From Tubulanus polymorphus (lineage: Eukaryota > Animalia > Nemertea), in NCBI RefSeq assembly GCF_964204645.1, contig NC_134030.1, forward strand, positions 12,607,947 through 12,671,946: a stretch of 64,000 bases of DNA, given 5' to 3'. Each line of letters begins with the position of its first letter. The stretch's first letter is position 1. Positions 63,557 to 64,000 of the stretch are shown here, piece after piece. The notes beneath the pieces are model-generated. The model searched no databases. It was not told where the DNA came from and saw only the letters and a program-made list of their open reading frames with translations. The translations under genes were made by a program, and so were the position numbers.

Positions 63557-64000
63557 AAAAACCTTTCGGATGTACGTACCTTATGCTCGGCCCCTTACCT
63601 GTCTTATCTTGCCCTTTATGGTTTGCTTATTATTCCTGGGGATTCTAGGTATTGCCACATTCTAGTTATGTATCCATGTCTGAGGGGTCAGGTCCAGGCA
63701 GCCGATTGATACTTGCAATTTTAGGCAATATGGAACTACATGTACATTTAAACCATGAAGTCCAAATTTGTATCGGATAACTGTAACTGTTTTTATGGTT
63801 CAGCACCTCTTTATCATATGAATTTTGACTGTGAGAACTATTATGTAGTAGTAATAGTACTAAATTTGTGAAGGTTATATTCAATATTCACTTAGCTATA
63901 TGAACAAAAATTAAAGCACTTGAATAACTGTACCAAATATTCATCTGCAAATTGAGAGGTTGCAACTACAGTCAACCTCGGTTAATCCGTCTCCAACCGT

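Overview
AT-rich eukaryotic (invertebrate-like) genomic DNA. Most of the window is one plus-strand, 19-coding-exon gene (5105-54873, about 1487 aa as spliced by hand, all GT-AG introns with consistent phases). It is recognisable as STK11-interacting protein (STK11IP/LIP1: N-terminal domain, LRRs, split CxxC...CxxC, long acidic linker, PH-like C-terminus). Its introns and flanks are packed with mobile DNA. (i) A structurally complete but mutated DIRS1-type tyrosine-recombinase retrotransposon (23312-29827) with both ITRs, an internal complementary region (ICR), gag, RT/RNase H/methyltransferase-like and YR ORFs; a pre-insertion empty site for it lies in a paralogous repeat at 57736/57737. (ii) Several families of non-autonomous Helentron-like (HINE) elements, often nested or chimeric, some carrying 146-154 bp satellite arrays. 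(iii) MITEs with TTAA, TTA, 6-bp and 7-bp target-site duplications (TSDs). (iv) A spliced, truncated hAT transposase at the left edge. (v) A decayed BEL/Pao LTR retrotransposon with permuted domain order at the right. The most notable observations are the readable DIRS integration junction, a five-NPF plus dileucine cluster in the large STK11IP exon, homologous 146-bp satellite monomers with swapped palindromic cassettes, and Helentron ends bracketing a host exon. All calls come from reading the sequence; no database searches were run. The family letters used for HINEs are my own labels.
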